Positions 1 through 10,292 of a DNA stretch of 54,729 nt are shown here, piece by piece. The notes beneath the pieces are model-generated. The model worked only from the letters and a program-made list of their open reading frames with translations, did not search any database and was not told the DNA's origin. How positions within the stretch are numbered: position 1 is the first letter of the stretch; each line of letters opens with the position of its first letter. The DNA lies in the IMG/VR virus record IMGVR_UViG_3300032093_000178, positions 1 through 54,729 of that record. One strand, written 5' to 3'. The stretch is from a virus (taxonomy: Duplodnaviria; Caudoviricetes). The position numbers and the translations under genes were made by a program.

Positions 1-29
1 TCTTTCGGTGGTTCGGGCCATCTTCCCAT
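1..29 (-). CDS. 5' end of a gene running off the left edge (MGRWPEPPK...)
   Basis: ATG at 29-27 just downstream of a Bacteroidota-type promoter; only 9 codons visible. Confidence 0.4.
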
Positions 30-45
30 AAAAAAACAATTTGTA

Positions 46-77
46 CAAATATACGAAAAAATCCCCAAATTACCAAA
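46..77 (-). promoter_or_regulatory. Bacteroidota primary-sigma-type promoter (-33 TTTG, 20-nt spacer, -7 TATATTTG)
   Basis: Minus strand TTTG-gtaatttggggattttttcg-TATATTTG matches the TTTG-N19-21-TAnnTTTG consensus. Confidence 0.75.
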
Positions 78-94
78 TGTAAATTGAGGATTTT
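56..94 (-). terminator. Possible intrinsic terminator after the tmRNA, overlapping the next promoter
   Basis: Minus strand AAAATCCTCAA...TTGGGGATTTT imperfect stem ending in a T run, just downstream of the tmRNA CCA. Confidence 0.4.
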
Positions 95-101
95 AAAAAA
101 A

Positions 102-488
102 TGGTGGAGATGAGGGGAATCGAACCCCTGTCTTACGAAGTAATCATAATACCAGTATATCACACGTTTAGGATAAAGTTTAATCTTATTCACTTTCCAA
201 AATAATTGGGGCCGTATGGTTAGTACAGCTTTCCACCAACCTATCAGTTTTTAAGAGCCGATAGGTAGAGCTCCTTTTTGTTCACTTCTTTTTTAAACCC
301 CATGAGTGATACGGGAGGTGATTAGGCTGCTACAGCTAAATCAGCACCCATGAATGACATTACATCATCAAAGGTCCAAGTAGATAATTCTACGTCAGTT
401 ATTGTTTTGTACAGATTTAAAGACATCTAGCACTTCTGTCTACGTGTGGTACTACCATTCTCATCGCAATCAAATCCATGGCATCCCC
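102..488 (-). ncRNA. ssrA: tmRNA (387 nt)
   Basis: 5' GGGGATG pairs with 3' CATCTCC-ACCA with the G3.U Ala identity pair; T-arm GGGGTTCGATTCCCC; tag frame 396..322 after ATAACT encodes DVELSTWTFDDVMSFMGADLAVAA*. Confidence 0.95.
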
Positions 489-499
489 ATATAATTATG

Positions 500-531
500 T
501 AAATATACGAATAATAATTTAGATTACCAAA
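500..531 (-). promoter_or_regulatory. Promoter for the tmRNA (TTTG-N20-TATATTTA)
   Basis: Minus strand TTTGGTAAT...TTCGTATATTTA is a near copy of the promoter at 46-77 and lies 11 nt upstream of the tmRNA 5' end. Confidence 0.65.
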
Positions 532-897
532 TTATTTTACTTTTGCGAACTGCAAAAGATTTGGAAGATATAATGAAAGTTTTGGCATGTTTTCCAAAAC
601 TAAAGAAATTGATTTTTTATTAGAATCCATAATGTCTTGAGGAGTTCCTGTAATTCTCCATTTAATAGATTGAACTTTATACAAACCATTTGATTCTATT
701 ACTTCCAAAAAATAACTATTTATTTCATATATAGTAGCATCCGAATCGTTTATTTTTTGTAAAAAAAATCGAGTAATATATCCAACCTCATAATCGTTTT
801 CTTCCGGAGTTGGAACATATGTTTGTATATCCAATTGTGAAATCTCATCGGTGGCCGTTGTTTTGGCTCTTACATATGTAATAATATCTATTGCCAT
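532..897 (-). CDS. Hypothetical protein (121 aa, MAIDIITY...), last gene of the baseplate cluster
   Basis: The ORF track starts at 948, but the ATG at 897 overlaps the upstream stop (TAATG), as at several other junctions here. Confidence 0.7.
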   Translation of the reverse strand: MAIDIITYVRAKTTATDEISQLDIQTYVPTPEENDYEVGYITRFFLQKINDSDATIYEINSYFLEVIESNGLYKVQSIKWRITGTPQDIMDSNKKSISLVLENMPKLSLYLPNLLQFAKVK

Positions 898-3608
898 TAT
901 GTTGATTTTATTTGTTGAAAGTATTGACCAGTAACGGTTGTGTACCAACTATTACCCTCAACGGTTTGTTCCATTTGAGTTATTTGAAAAAATCCAAAAT
1001 CTCTATATTTTTTAGGAATACCAATAATATTAAAAGTATCACCCCTTCTTAAACCACTTTTTCCTAAAATCTTAAATGTATATTTTATTGGAAGTGGATG
1101 TGATGTTTTTTCCGTACCACTATATGATTCAAAAGCGTTATTTTTTAAAACATCAAATAGTTGAGTATCATCACAACAATAAATTTTAAAGTTTTTATTG
1201 AATTCAGTAAATCCTGCGGTTGGTTTCAACGTCATTGGTACAATTATATTTGTATCTGGATTTGGTATAACATCAATTTTATTTAAATTGGTACTTAATG
1301 CAGTTTCCGCTATACTCTTAGCTTCAGCACTAACTTTGGCAAGTTCTTTTTTCAAATCTAATAATTTATCAGCTTCCGATATACCATTATTATATTTGTT
1401 TGATGTAATCGTACCACCCATTCTCGTTTCAGTATAAACAAGATTACCCGTAGCATCTTTATATGTATCGGTTGTATATGTTATTCCAGTACGGGCACCT
1501 CTTGTAGATGTAGTTTTAACTAAACTTGCCAATAATACATCAATTTCAGCTTGCACATCCGCGGGTTTACGCGATGGTGTTGCGGCAGTTTTTTTAGCGG
1601 TGCCGGTTACCGAGGTCTTTCTGTAATCAACCTCATCAAAAAATCTGTCTTTTGATTTACCAAATAGGCCTCCCATATCCAAACCATGTGAATCAGGGTT
1701 ACTTGAATAGTTTTCTCTTTTTAAAACAATTTGATTCGTCATTTCTTGTGGAATATCTATATCCAACGTTGCTTCCAAAAATACGGATTGCTCTCCAGAA
1801 TGAAAAAATTCTTTTACAATTCCTTTTTTATTGTTAAGATATCCTCTCCAGTTTTCATCGACTATTTGTAACTTAACACCATCTTCCATTGGTATTTCAA
1901 TAATTTGTAAATTCCAAAACGAATTTACTGCTGATGACATTTCATTACACAACTCAATTAACACATCTCTCATTGATTTGTTTGATGAGTTTTTTAATGC
2001 GTTTGCAAATACATTAAAATTTATATATAAGTTTTCCAATTTACCATAATACCCTGCTCTTTCATAAAATCCATTATAATATGCTCCAGGAGCTACAGTA
2101 CCTGGTATATCTACATCCTGTACGAAGGATATCAAGCTCGCCACATATTTACCGGTACTTCGATTAAACGCATATCCGTTTATACGATTATCAATAAAGT
2201 TTTTTGTTAAAACATCGTCAATACTTACGGGTGATGGATTACAATAATACTCATAAAAGTTTGGCATTTTTCCGGGTATTATCAATTTATTAGGCTTTGT
2301 AGAAAACATATTTGGAAATGCACCAATAAGCCCATAGTTGTTTACCCTACATGTAACAGATTTAGTTCCCATTTTATACGCCCATAACCCATTGTTTGCA
2401 TTAAGTATATCAAGTGCAACTCCAAAACGTATGTATCTATTTTCAGAAACTAATTTATCTTTTGGAACGGTCAATCCACCAACACTAAATTCTTTTTGTC
2501 CAAACAATTCTTTTATAGAAGTAATAAATGTATCTGCCAATGCATTAGCAACATCTTGTTGAACTTTATAATCAAAATTTAATAAATCAAACCAACCGTA
2601 TTCATCGGTACTATATACCTTTTCAATTATACCTTTAACTTCCGGTGTTTGTCTATTACCCGGTAATTTATTAAACATCCATTTATACCTTCTACCACCC
2701 ATAGTTTTAGCACGACCTGCACCAGTAGCTATCTCATCAATATCGTTTATCGAATACGTTTGTGTAGTAGGTACATTTGTAACCTGTTTAGTACCACTAT
2801 CCAATTCCATAATCGTATGCTGTCCTTGAAGAAATACCGGCAATCCAGGTGCACCTCTTAAATTAATGGTCAAATTAAATATATCATTTTCAGAAGTCAA
2901 AGAACCCCCTACTATAAATCCGTAAAACGCATCATAATCACCGTATGCAGTTATACGTTTGGTTTGTAATAAGGAGTAATCCAGTCCTACATCGGTTGCT
3001 TCAGATATAATTGTTCCAGGAGTAGAAGTATCTATTAATTCTGCGGTAGCTGCATCCGTGTTCCAACCATATTCAACAAATAGAGTATGCCCTGGTTCCA
3101 TCAAATATTCTTGCAACATTTCAGCTTGAGCAAGTGAAAAACATTTAACAGTCAATGTACAATGCCTTGATATTTGGTCTTTTCCTTCTTTTATTTCCAT
3201 AGCAGTTACCAATGGACCTGGTCTTAATACAAGGTCTCCCGTCCATGGTGTTAAGTAAGGATAAACGGCATTACCCATAAAATCCCTACCAAGCATACCA
3301 CTACTATATCTTCCCCCATATAAACTCGGAGTTTGATTTACCGCCGTAATTTGATTATTTGCATCTTTTGTAAATGAAAGATAATCTGAAAACATTGGTA
3401 CATCTGGATTTGAATAAAGTATCAATCCAAAATCGTTTTTATTTTTCGGAGTTCGTAATCTATCCGTTGCAGATATAATACGAACCCATGACACCAATTC
3501 CGATGAAGCCTGTGTTATATCTACAGCTCCGCCACTAGGTGCTTTACCCGATGTTTGTATGTTGTTATAGATACTGGTATCAATACTACCAAATACTGGA
3601 TATGACAT
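897..3608 (-). CDS. Putative baseplate hub protein (gp27/P2 gpD-like), 903 aa
   Basis: C-terminal 'GKSGLRRGDTFNIIGIP...FQITQMEQTVEGNSWYTTVTG' resembles hub-protein C-termini; follows the LysM gene. Confidence 0.55.
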   Translation of the reverse strand: MSYPVFGSIDTSIYNNIQTSGKAPSGGAVDITQASSELVSWVRIISATDRLRTPKNKNDFGLILYSNPDVPMFSDYLSFTKDANNQITAVNQTPSLYGGRYSSGMLGRDFMGNAVYPYLTPWTGDLVLRPGPLVTAMEIKEGKDQISRHCTLTVKCFSLAQAEMLQEYLMEPGHTLFVEYGWNTDAATAELIDTSTPGTIISEATDVGLDYSLLQTKRITAYGDYDAFYGFIVGGSLTSENDIFNLTINLRGAPGLPVFLQGQHTIMELDSGTKQVTNVPTTQTYSINDIDEIATGAGRAKTMGGRRYKWMFNKLPGNRQTPEVKGIIEKVYSTDEYGWFDLLNFDYKVQQDVANALADTFITSIKELFGQKEFSVGGLTVPKDKLVSENRYIRFGVALDILNANNGLWAYKMGTKSVTCRVNNYGLIGAFPNMFSTKPNKLIIPGKMPNFYEYYCNPSPVSIDDVLTKNFIDNRINGYAFNRSTGKYVASLISFVQDVDIPGTVAPGAYYNGFYERAGYYGKLENLYINFNVFANALKNSSNKSMRDVLIELCNEMSSAVNSFWNLQIIEIPMEDGVKLQIVDENWRGYLNNKKGIVKEFFHSGEQSVFLEATLDIDIPQEMTNQIVLKRENYSSNPDSHGLDMGGLFGKSKDRFFDEVDYRKTSVTGTAKKTAATPSRKPADVQAEIDVLLASLVKTTSTRGARTGITYTTDTYKDATGNLVYTETRMGGTITSNKYNNGISEADKLLDLKKELAKVSAEAKSIAETALSTNLNKIDVIPNPDTNIIVPMTLKPTAGFTEFNKNFKIYCCDDTQLFDVLKNNAFESYSGTEKTSHPLPIKYTFKILGKSGLRRGDTFNIIGIPKKYRDFGFFQITQMEQTVEGNSWYTTVTGQYFQQIKST

Positions 3609-3627
3609 ATTTTATATATTTTATTTT

Positions 3628-3912
3628 TTAGTAACCCAATTGAGAAAGTATGGCCTTATACGCTAATGGTATTCGTAATATTGTCCCATCAGGAAACCCA
3701 ATTGGAGCATTATGAATTTTGTTTGCAGCAGCTATAATCCACCATAAGTTTGAATCTTTGTAAAAAGTGTATGCCAATGAATCTAATCTATCACCAGTTT
3801 CCGTAGCAACATATATATCACTCGGTGATTCTGGAATATCTGGTAAGATTCTTGGCAAATAAACTTCTTTCCCGTCTATTGTTTGTTTTATTGAATTAGT
3901 TCTATATCTCAT
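3628..3912 (-). CDS. LysM-like baseplate protein (P2 gpX / T4 gp53-like), 94 aa
   Basis: 'YVATETGDRLDSLAYTFYKDSNLWWIIAAAN...GTILRIP' is a typical LysM/gpX pattern. Confidence 0.8.
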   Translation of the reverse strand: MRYRTNSIKQTIDGKEVYLPRILPDIPESPSDIYVATETGDRLDSLAYTFYKDSNLWWIIAAANKIHNAPIGFPDGTILRIPLAYKAILSQLGY

Positions 3913-3923
3913 ATAATTAATTA

Positions 3924-5627
3924 TTATCTTTCTTTTGCGCTTGGATTTGCATAAATTTTGGCACGTGCTGCATCACCGGAACGTATCCCCCTTTGACGAT
4001 TGAATTCTGCTGGTGCAAATTTTGGATTCGCGTCATAAAAGAAAGGAAGAATATCTTTATTCCATTTTCCTTTTACCAGAGTTGGATTATTTTTCTTAAA
4101 GTTTGCGTAAGCTTCGGTGGCGGCAGACTTATTTGAATCGTTTATAAGCTTCCATATAGCAGGTTCGTTACCCTTTATTTGTTTTAAACGAGCTTGTACA
4201 TTACCCATAACCACTTGACTTGTTCCAGATTTTCCGCTTAGTCCTGCATTACTGTTAGTAGTAATGGATAAAGTTGTTACCGGGGGTTCGGATGGTGTTA
4301 TAGGTTGTGGGGGTGTTTTAATACTAAAAGTTCCGTTTGGTTGAATTGTAAATGTTCCACCCGCAGCTTCCAAATCGGTTTTGTATGCTGCCAACAGATT
4401 AACAAATGTAGAATTATAATCGATTCCAGCATCTAATTTACTTGCACCAGAATACCCTTTACCTATCTTTTCTAATGATTTTGCAATATCTCCAATTGTA
4501 ACATCTACAAAAAACGCCAATACGGCCGAAATTTTTTGAGCACCATCTTTTGGTACTTTGCTTAAGGCCTTTAATTCTTTTTTTGCTTTGTCATAATTTG
4601 CGTACACTTCTGGTTGAAATATTCTATCCAATCGTTCAATCCATATATTTTTTGATTTTTTATCTTCAAACCCCGATATAAAGCTTTCTAATTTTTGCTT
4701 AGTGGTTCGAGAATCGCCTAACATACGTGGTACATATCTGGTGTTATCTATTTTTTGTTTTTCTTCAATTGCCAGGCCGTACGCATCGACCATTATTCCT
4801 TGTTTTTGTACGTTATTAAATGTAAAATCTCTTTTAAGATTTAAGTTTAAAGAATTTTCCGGATCAGTTGAGCTATACTTATTGTTTTCAAGAAAAGTTT
4901 TATTAACAACATCCGTACTCTTATTATACCCATCATACTGCTTTTTATAAGGTACTATATTTTTTGCAATATAAGTTTTTGAAATCGCTGCTTCGGTTAG
5001 TGGTGTTATATTTGCAAGTGCAAGTGAAAATGGGTAGTGTGTTTTACCATTATGAACATGTGGCTTTCCTAGATGCAACGCAGGTCCTGTGTGGTAAAAG
5101 TCATGAAGCTTCTGACCAACAGTTTGCCATGCACCTACCGCGTTTCCAGCTATTTTAGATGTAATATCACCTTGTGCTATCAACTTATCTTTAGCGTTCT
5201 TAAATATTGGTTTAGTAGCATCGTATGTTGCAAAAGACGGTTTACCAATCAATGTGGTCAGACTTAACGCAAACGCATTTACAACTTTCACATCATCCGC
5301 AGCTAAACTGACGGTTGATGCTACTACTCTTCCCCCATTTAATGTAATTTGTGCAACCTTTCCTTCAACCGTTATTAATAATAATGTGTTATATACTAAT
5401 CCCGCTGTACCCGATAGTATTTTTTTATAAAAATCGCCTGCGGTTAAACGTTTTCCGGTATCTGGATCAATTAGTGTACCTCTATTTTGATAATAAAAAT
5501 CCGATGTAACTGAATATGAAACCGTTTTAGTTTCAATTACAGCCTTATCACCATTAGTAGTTGTTGGTGATTTGGTGGGTTTATCTCCTTTATTATTTTT
5601 TACGGGCTCCGTACTATATACACTCAT
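3924..5627 (-). CDS. Hypothetical protein, 567 aa, in the baseplate cluster
   Basis: Long ORF tightly packed between baseplate genes; no motif recognised. Confidence 0.75.
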   Translation of the reverse strand: MSVYSTEPVKNNKGDKPTKSPTTTNGDKAVIETKTVSYSVTSDFYYQNRGTLIDPDTGKRLTAGDFYKKILSGTAGLVYNTLLLITVEGKVAQITLNGGRVVASTVSLAADDVKVVNAFALSLTTLIGKPSFATYDATKPIFKNAKDKLIAQGDITSKIAGNAVGAWQTVGQKLHDFYHTGPALHLGKPHVHNGKTHYPFSLALANITPLTEAAISKTYIAKNIVPYKKQYDGYNKSTDVVNKTFLENNKYSSTDPENSLNLNLKRDFTFNNVQKQGIMVDAYGLAIEEKQKIDNTRYVPRMLGDSRTTKQKLESFISGFEDKKSKNIWIERLDRIFQPEVYANYDKAKKELKALSKVPKDGAQKISAVLAFFVDVTIGDIAKSLEKIGKGYSGASKLDAGIDYNSTFVNLLAAYKTDLEAAGGTFTIQPNGTFSIKTPPQPITPSEPPVTTLSITTNSNAGLSGKSGTSQVVMGNVQARLKQIKGNEPAIWKLINDSNKSAATEAYANFKKNNPTLVKGKWNKDILPFFYDANPKFAPAEFNRQRGIRSGDAARAKIYANPSAKER

Positions 5628-5630
5628 CTA

Positions 5631-7586
5631 TTAAACTTTTGTATAGTTAGGTGGAACTGGTTTGCCGTTTTTATCTACACTATTAAATGTTGCAGGTAAT
5701 TCATATCCATATAGATTTGAACCTTCAATTGATTGTCTAGATTCCAGAAATTTAAGCGATACATCAATATCCATTATCATTGGAAGTTTATGATTTTTTG
5801 AAGTCAATCCAGTATCAATAAAAGCAGCAAATCCCCCAACATTTGGAATAGGTAACATTTGTGTACCATTTGCTATTTTTTCATTTAGTCCAATTTCCCA
5901 AGGACTATCCTGATTGATTGCAAACGAAAGCGTTTCAACAATCGCCGGTTTTGCAACATACAAATCACCTAATGTAAATTTAATAATAGGTGGTACAACC
6001 GCACCCGCTGCTCCTTTAAATCCTTGCGGCATCGTTAGTTTTCCTAAAAAATCAAGTTTTTTCCAAACGTTCATATGTTCAACTAGATTCAAAGAAAAAA
6101 CTTTAAAACTAAAAGTACATGTTCTTTCAACACTGTCATATGTGTAGAATGGAAATGGGTTTCCTATAAATTTATGCGATTCCCATGATGGTGTAAATGT
6201 TTCGGTAAAATCGGTTACGGTGCATCTAAATTGTACCGTTTGGTCTAATCCGATTGAATAAAATTTTAAAGCAATAAAATCAAAATTATCAAAAGACTTG
6301 TTTGTACCTACATCAATAACTTCAACACCAGAATAAATCGCATCATCTGAAAGATTTATTACATCACCTTTTGTTGATAACCCTCTACTGGTATCTCTGG
6401 AATTATCGACAACCGCTGTTTTGGTACTGTATGATTTCGGCTCTTTATTTAAAAAATTCAGTAGGTCTTCATCCGCTTGTTTTTGAGGTGTGGCGGGTGA
6501 AGATGCAGGTAATTTTATATTTGGGTCTGATTTTAGTTCTTCCGCTACTCTTTGTAAAAAAATTGCTTTAAGTGTAGTTTGTTCACTTAATGGTCTAATA
6601 GTTTCATAATCCGCGGATTTTCCATATGGATTATAACTTGACCAAGGAGTATCTTCTTTTCCTAATGGTGTTTTACCAGGAACTCCACCGGCAGCTTGTA
6701 ATTTATTTGCAGCGATTTTCTTTTTTGTTACAGCATTTACTCCCAAATTTATTAATGACCTTACGCCAGATTTTACAAGTCCGGATGCAATCCCAGCGAC
6801 AGTAGATTGAATAACCCCTCCCGTTTGAGATAATAAATTTTTATTTTCTTTTAAAAGATTTGCAAAGAATCCAGGAACTTTTGATGAATTTGCCAATGTT
6901 ATTATGGCCTTATCTCTATTATATTCTCTATTGAAATCGGTTGCCTTATTAGCACTGCCCGCCTTTCCTCTTTTTTGTAATTCGTCTGCAACTTTTGAAG
7001 GGACCATTGGCATTGGTAAAACCGAACCCAATACTCCACCGGCCACATTTACTGCCAATTGTGTTCCGAGTGCAGTTAAATCTGGTGCAGGTGGTCTTGC
7101 ATCTTTTCCTTTTTTACCGGCAAATAAATTATTAATATAATCATTTGCCATATTACCGGCCGCATTCGCAATAGTATCGGTAATACCAGAAAGACCATTG
7201 CTTAAATTCGCTTTTTGTTTAATATAACTTAAACTTGTTGTTCTTTTATTTAGAATTCTGAAAATATCACCACCATAAATCAAAGGTCTTGCAGTAATTG
7301 CAAATTGTTGTAACCCTACCTGTTCCTGTTCTACAAATGATTCACCTTCTCTAATACTAAACTTTTTTCTTCTTTCGTTTATTTTACCAATGAAATCAAA
7401 ACTTTTAATAACACCACCCAAAAGACTAGGGTTTGTGTTTTTATTAATTGCTCTTAATAAAAAATTCGAAGATTGTATAGGCAAATCTTTACTGTTCCTA
7501 ATAGAATATGCATCTTCAGCAGTTTTTCCAGTATTTGGACCTTCGGTTATTACTTTATTTTTAAATAATTCTTCTAAAGTTGGCAT
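5631..7586 (-). CDS. Tail tube initiator/baseplate protein (tube-fold C-terminal domain) with a long N-terminal extension, 651 aa
   Basis: C-terminal 'FRCTVTDFTETFTPSW...YTYDSVERTCTFSFKV...PPIIKFTLGDLY...WEI...PMIMDIDVSLKF' resembles contractile-system tube initiators; directly follows the tape measure. Confidence 0.65.
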   Translation of the reverse strand: MPTLEELFKNKVITEGPNTGKTAEDAYSIRNSKDLPIQSSNFLLRAINKNTNPSLLGGVIKSFDFIGKINERRKKFSIREGESFVEQEQVGLQQFAITARPLIYGGDIFRILNKRTTSLSYIKQKANLSNGLSGITDTIANAAGNMANDYINNLFAGKKGKDARPPAPDLTALGTQLAVNVAGGVLGSVLPMPMVPSKVADELQKRGKAGSANKATDFNREYNRDKAIITLANSSKVPGFFANLLKENKNLLSQTGGVIQSTVAGIASGLVKSGVRSLINLGVNAVTKKKIAANKLQAAGGVPGKTPLGKEDTPWSSYNPYGKSADYETIRPLSEQTTLKAIFLQRVAEELKSDPNIKLPASSPATPQKQADEDLLNFLNKEPKSYSTKTAVVDNSRDTSRGLSTKGDVINLSDDAIYSGVEVIDVGTNKSFDNFDFIALKFYSIGLDQTVQFRCTVTDFTETFTPSWESHKFIGNPFPFYTYDSVERTCTFSFKVFSLNLVEHMNVWKKLDFLGKLTMPQGFKGAAGAVVPPIIKFTLGDLYVAKPAIVETLSFAINQDSPWEIGLNEKIANGTQMLPIPNVGGFAAFIDTGLTSKNHKLPMIMDIDVSLKFLESRQSIEGSNLYGYELPATFNSVDKNGKPVPPNYTKV

Positions 7587-7605
7587 TATTTCTATTTATT
7601 TTTTC

Positions 7606-10020
7606 TTATCTTTGTCCGTAACTAAAATTGTTTCTTGTAGAATTTTCGGATACATTCGATATACCTGATGTAATCTTTATGCCATCCAAGAATGCACTTG
7701 CCTTAATTTTACCCGAACCCATATCTTCTCTTAACTTCTTCACTTCGTTTATTAAGATACTTACACCACTATTTGCATTCAATCCTCCGCCTTGCATTCC
7801 ATTTCCCACATTTGACATATTTGCCATTCTTGATGCTTCATTTAATTTTGAAATCGCATTTGGAGCAGCCACCAAATCATCGTTTGGAGATATTTGTACT
7901 AAACCACCTTCTTTTGTTGATATTTGAGTTCTACCATTTGCAGGAGATAATACATCCCCAGCATCGCTAACTTTTGCACTACCCATATATGCCATCAAAG
8001 AAGCTATACCAGCACCCGCTGCTATCAATCCCAATGGTCCTAATTTTGAATTACCAGCAAAAATGGATGCAATTGCTTCTTTCATTTTTAACAATGCTGT
8101 TTTTTTACTTAAAATATACATTGTTGTCAATCCACCAATAAGTGCAGGGAATAGACCTGGTATTGAATTTAATGCCCCAAATATCCCACCAAATACATTT
8201 CCTAAAGTAGTTACTATCGGTGCTAAAGCCTCCATTAATGGTAACAATCCTTCACCAACAGCTGCGACGATACCCTTAAATGAATTTTCCATTTGAGTTA
8301 TCTTATCAGCTATTTCTTCTTGTTTTGCTAATTCTTTTGTTTTTGCATTTAATTGGTCTTCACTCATATTGGTAATATCCAATCCAGCATCCATAGCTTT
8401 AGAAACTCTTTTTTGTTCCTCTTCGCTAAGATGTCCAAGCTTTTCTTGCATAAGAATTTGCTTAGTTAATTCCTCAACCGTTTTACCAGTAGCATCTGCT
8501 AACGCCTTTTTGGTAAACATATCTTGGTCAGCAAACTTACCACTTCTCTCAACTTGTCTTAATAATTCTTTTTGTGCATCAACATGTCTTCCGGCATATG
8601 CTAAAGCTCTGGCTTGTGATAAATTAAATTGTCCACCAACAAAAGTTGCTGCAACTAATTCCTTTTCAATACCAGTTTCAAAATCTAATAAACTTTCAGT
8701 TGTTTCTAATACATCTTTCAATGTAATACCCAATCTTCTAGCTTCAATGGCTTGTTTAGCAATAAGATTTACATCACCTTTAAAATATGTATATGTATCT
8801 GCTGCCGAGTCTGCTATATCTTTAAACACTTGCGATGGAGCAACACCAGCTAACTTAGCCATATCAGCTACTTGCTGTGAAACTCCTTGTGCAGTTTCGG
8901 CAGATAAGCCAGCCATACTTTGAAAAATCATATTAACGGCTGCCGCATCTTTTTGTGCAACTCCAAAGTTTTTGTTTAATACAGATACGTTGGCCGCTAC
9001 TGCTTTTGATACTGGAACTGTATCACCAAATTCACTTTTAAATGCCGCAATACTATCATATGCAACTCCAGCATCCACACCTAATTTAGCAAAATCAACT
9101 CCAATACTATGTGCATCTTTTTGAATTTGCTTTGTTTGAGAATTTGTTAAACCAGTTTCTTCTCTAAACTTCTTACTTGCTTCTTGTATTTCAGTAAACG
9201 ATGATAATGCGGCTGCAAATAATGCACCCATTATTACAATTGGACCCAATCCCGCTGCAATCCCTTTTATCATATCCTTTACAACAGTTAAAGCGGATTG
9301 TAATCCTTCCGGTAATTGCTGTACTAATCCATCCTGTTGCTTTTGTAATTCAACTAATCGTTCCGATTGTTTTATTAAATTTTCGTTTGATTGGAATATT
9401 TGTTCTGATAACTTTCTATCTTCCTCATTCATTCCTATAATAGATGCTTGAAATTCTTGTCTTCTTCTTTGTGCATCAGTTATACCAAACACATTTTCTC
9501 TTTCGGTTGCTAACCCTTCAGCCGCATCTACCTGTGTACTTCTTATACCTTCTAATGCTTTTCTTCTTTCCTGCAGCGATTCTAATTCGTCTCCGGATGC
9601 ATTTATTTCCTGCTTTTTAAGACTTAATATTCTAGCCGTTATTGCTGCAAATTGATTACCACCATTATTAGAATCTGTTAAAAGCTCTTTTACTTTTGGT
9701 GTCATTTTTGCAAATGATGATGCAAAATCATTTGAGGTTTCCCAAAAATCTTCTTGCTTTTCTGCCGCATCTGCCCAAAACTTTACATAATCGCTTGCTT
9801 TATCTTCAACCTCTTTTAAACTTTTTAATTGTTCGTCTAAATTTTTACCATGAGTTTTGTCTTCTTCATTTCTTTTTTTGAGACGCTTGATTTCTTCATG
9901 ACCAGCAACAGCCATTCTTTTATTTCGCTCTTCTATTCGCTGTTCAATCTGCTCTCGCTCTTTGAGTAATTGATTTTGTCTTTCTAGCTCTTGAGCGGAT
10001 AAACTTCTTACATCTGCCAT
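7606..10020 (-). CDS. Tail tape measure protein, 804 aa
   Basis: Long Ala/Gln/Glu/Lys-rich coiled-coil sequence with Gly/Ala hydrophobic segments; canonical position after tube and chaperone. Confidence 0.8.
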   Translation of the reverse strand: MADVRSLSAQELERQNQLLKEREQIEQRIEERNKRMAVAGHEEIKRLKKRNEEDKTHGKNLDEQLKSLKEVEDKASDYVKFWADAAEKQEDFWETSNDFASSFAKMTPKVKELLTDSNNGGNQFAAITARILSLKKQEINASGDELESLQERRKALEGIRSTQVDAAEGLATERENVFGITDAQRRRQEFQASIIGMNEEDRKLSEQIFQSNENLIKQSERLVELQKQQDGLVQQLPEGLQSALTVVKDMIKGIAAGLGPIVIMGALFAAALSSFTEIQEASKKFREETGLTNSQTKQIQKDAHSIGVDFAKLGVDAGVAYDSIAAFKSEFGDTVPVSKAVAANVSVLNKNFGVAQKDAAAVNMIFQSMAGLSAETAQGVSQQVADMAKLAGVAPSQVFKDIADSAADTYTYFKGDVNLIAKQAIEARRLGITLKDVLETTESLLDFETGIEKELVAATFVGGQFNLSQARALAYAGRHVDAQKELLRQVERSGKFADQDMFTKKALADATGKTVEELTKQILMQEKLGHLSEEEQKRVSKAMDAGLDITNMSEDQLNAKTKELAKQEEIADKITQMENSFKGIVAAVGEGLLPLMEALAPIVTTLGNVFGGIFGALNSIPGLFPALIGGLTTMYILSKKTALLKMKEAIASIFAGNSKLGPLGLIAAGAGIASLMAYMGSAKVSDAGDVLSPANGRTQISTKEGGLVQISPNDDLVAAPNAISKLNEASRMANMSNVGNGMQGGGLNANSGVSILINEVKKLREDMGSGKIKASAFLDGIKITSGISNVSENSTRNNFSYGQR

Positions 10021-10031
10021 TTACAAAAATT

Positions 10032-10265
10032 TTATTTTACGAACCCATGTTTTTGCAAATACTGATAAATATCCGGCTCATCTTTCTTTACTTTATCCAA
10101 ATAATCAGCGGCTTTATCGTGTATCTTTCTTAAATCAGATTGTAACTTTTGTAACACCGGGTCATTGTTTACAATGGTTTGAAGTTTTTCAGGTGTTTTG
10201 TTACTACGAAACAACCCCCAAAATTCCGATAGGTTGTTTTCTGATATTTTATATTTTTTTGCCAT
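10032..10265 (-). CDS. Hypothetical protein, 77 aa
   Basis: ORF with an upstream ATATTTATA motif, ending 11 nt before the tape measure start. Confidence 0.7.
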   Translation of the reverse strand: MAKKYKISENNLSEFWGLFRSNKTPEKLQTIVNNDPVLQKLQSDLRKIHDKAADYLDKVKKDEPDIYQYLQKHGFVK

Positions 10266-10292
10266 TTTATGTTTATTTACACTTATTCAAAC

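Noticed and set aside
102-150. tRNA-like 3' end (T-arm plus CCA)
   Set aside because: It is the 3' tRNA-like half of the tmRNA; its acceptor partner is at 482-488 and there is no anticodon arm
532-948. ORF-track start at 948
   Set aside because: It overlaps the upstream gene by about 50 nt; the ATG at 897 in a TAATG junction is more plausible
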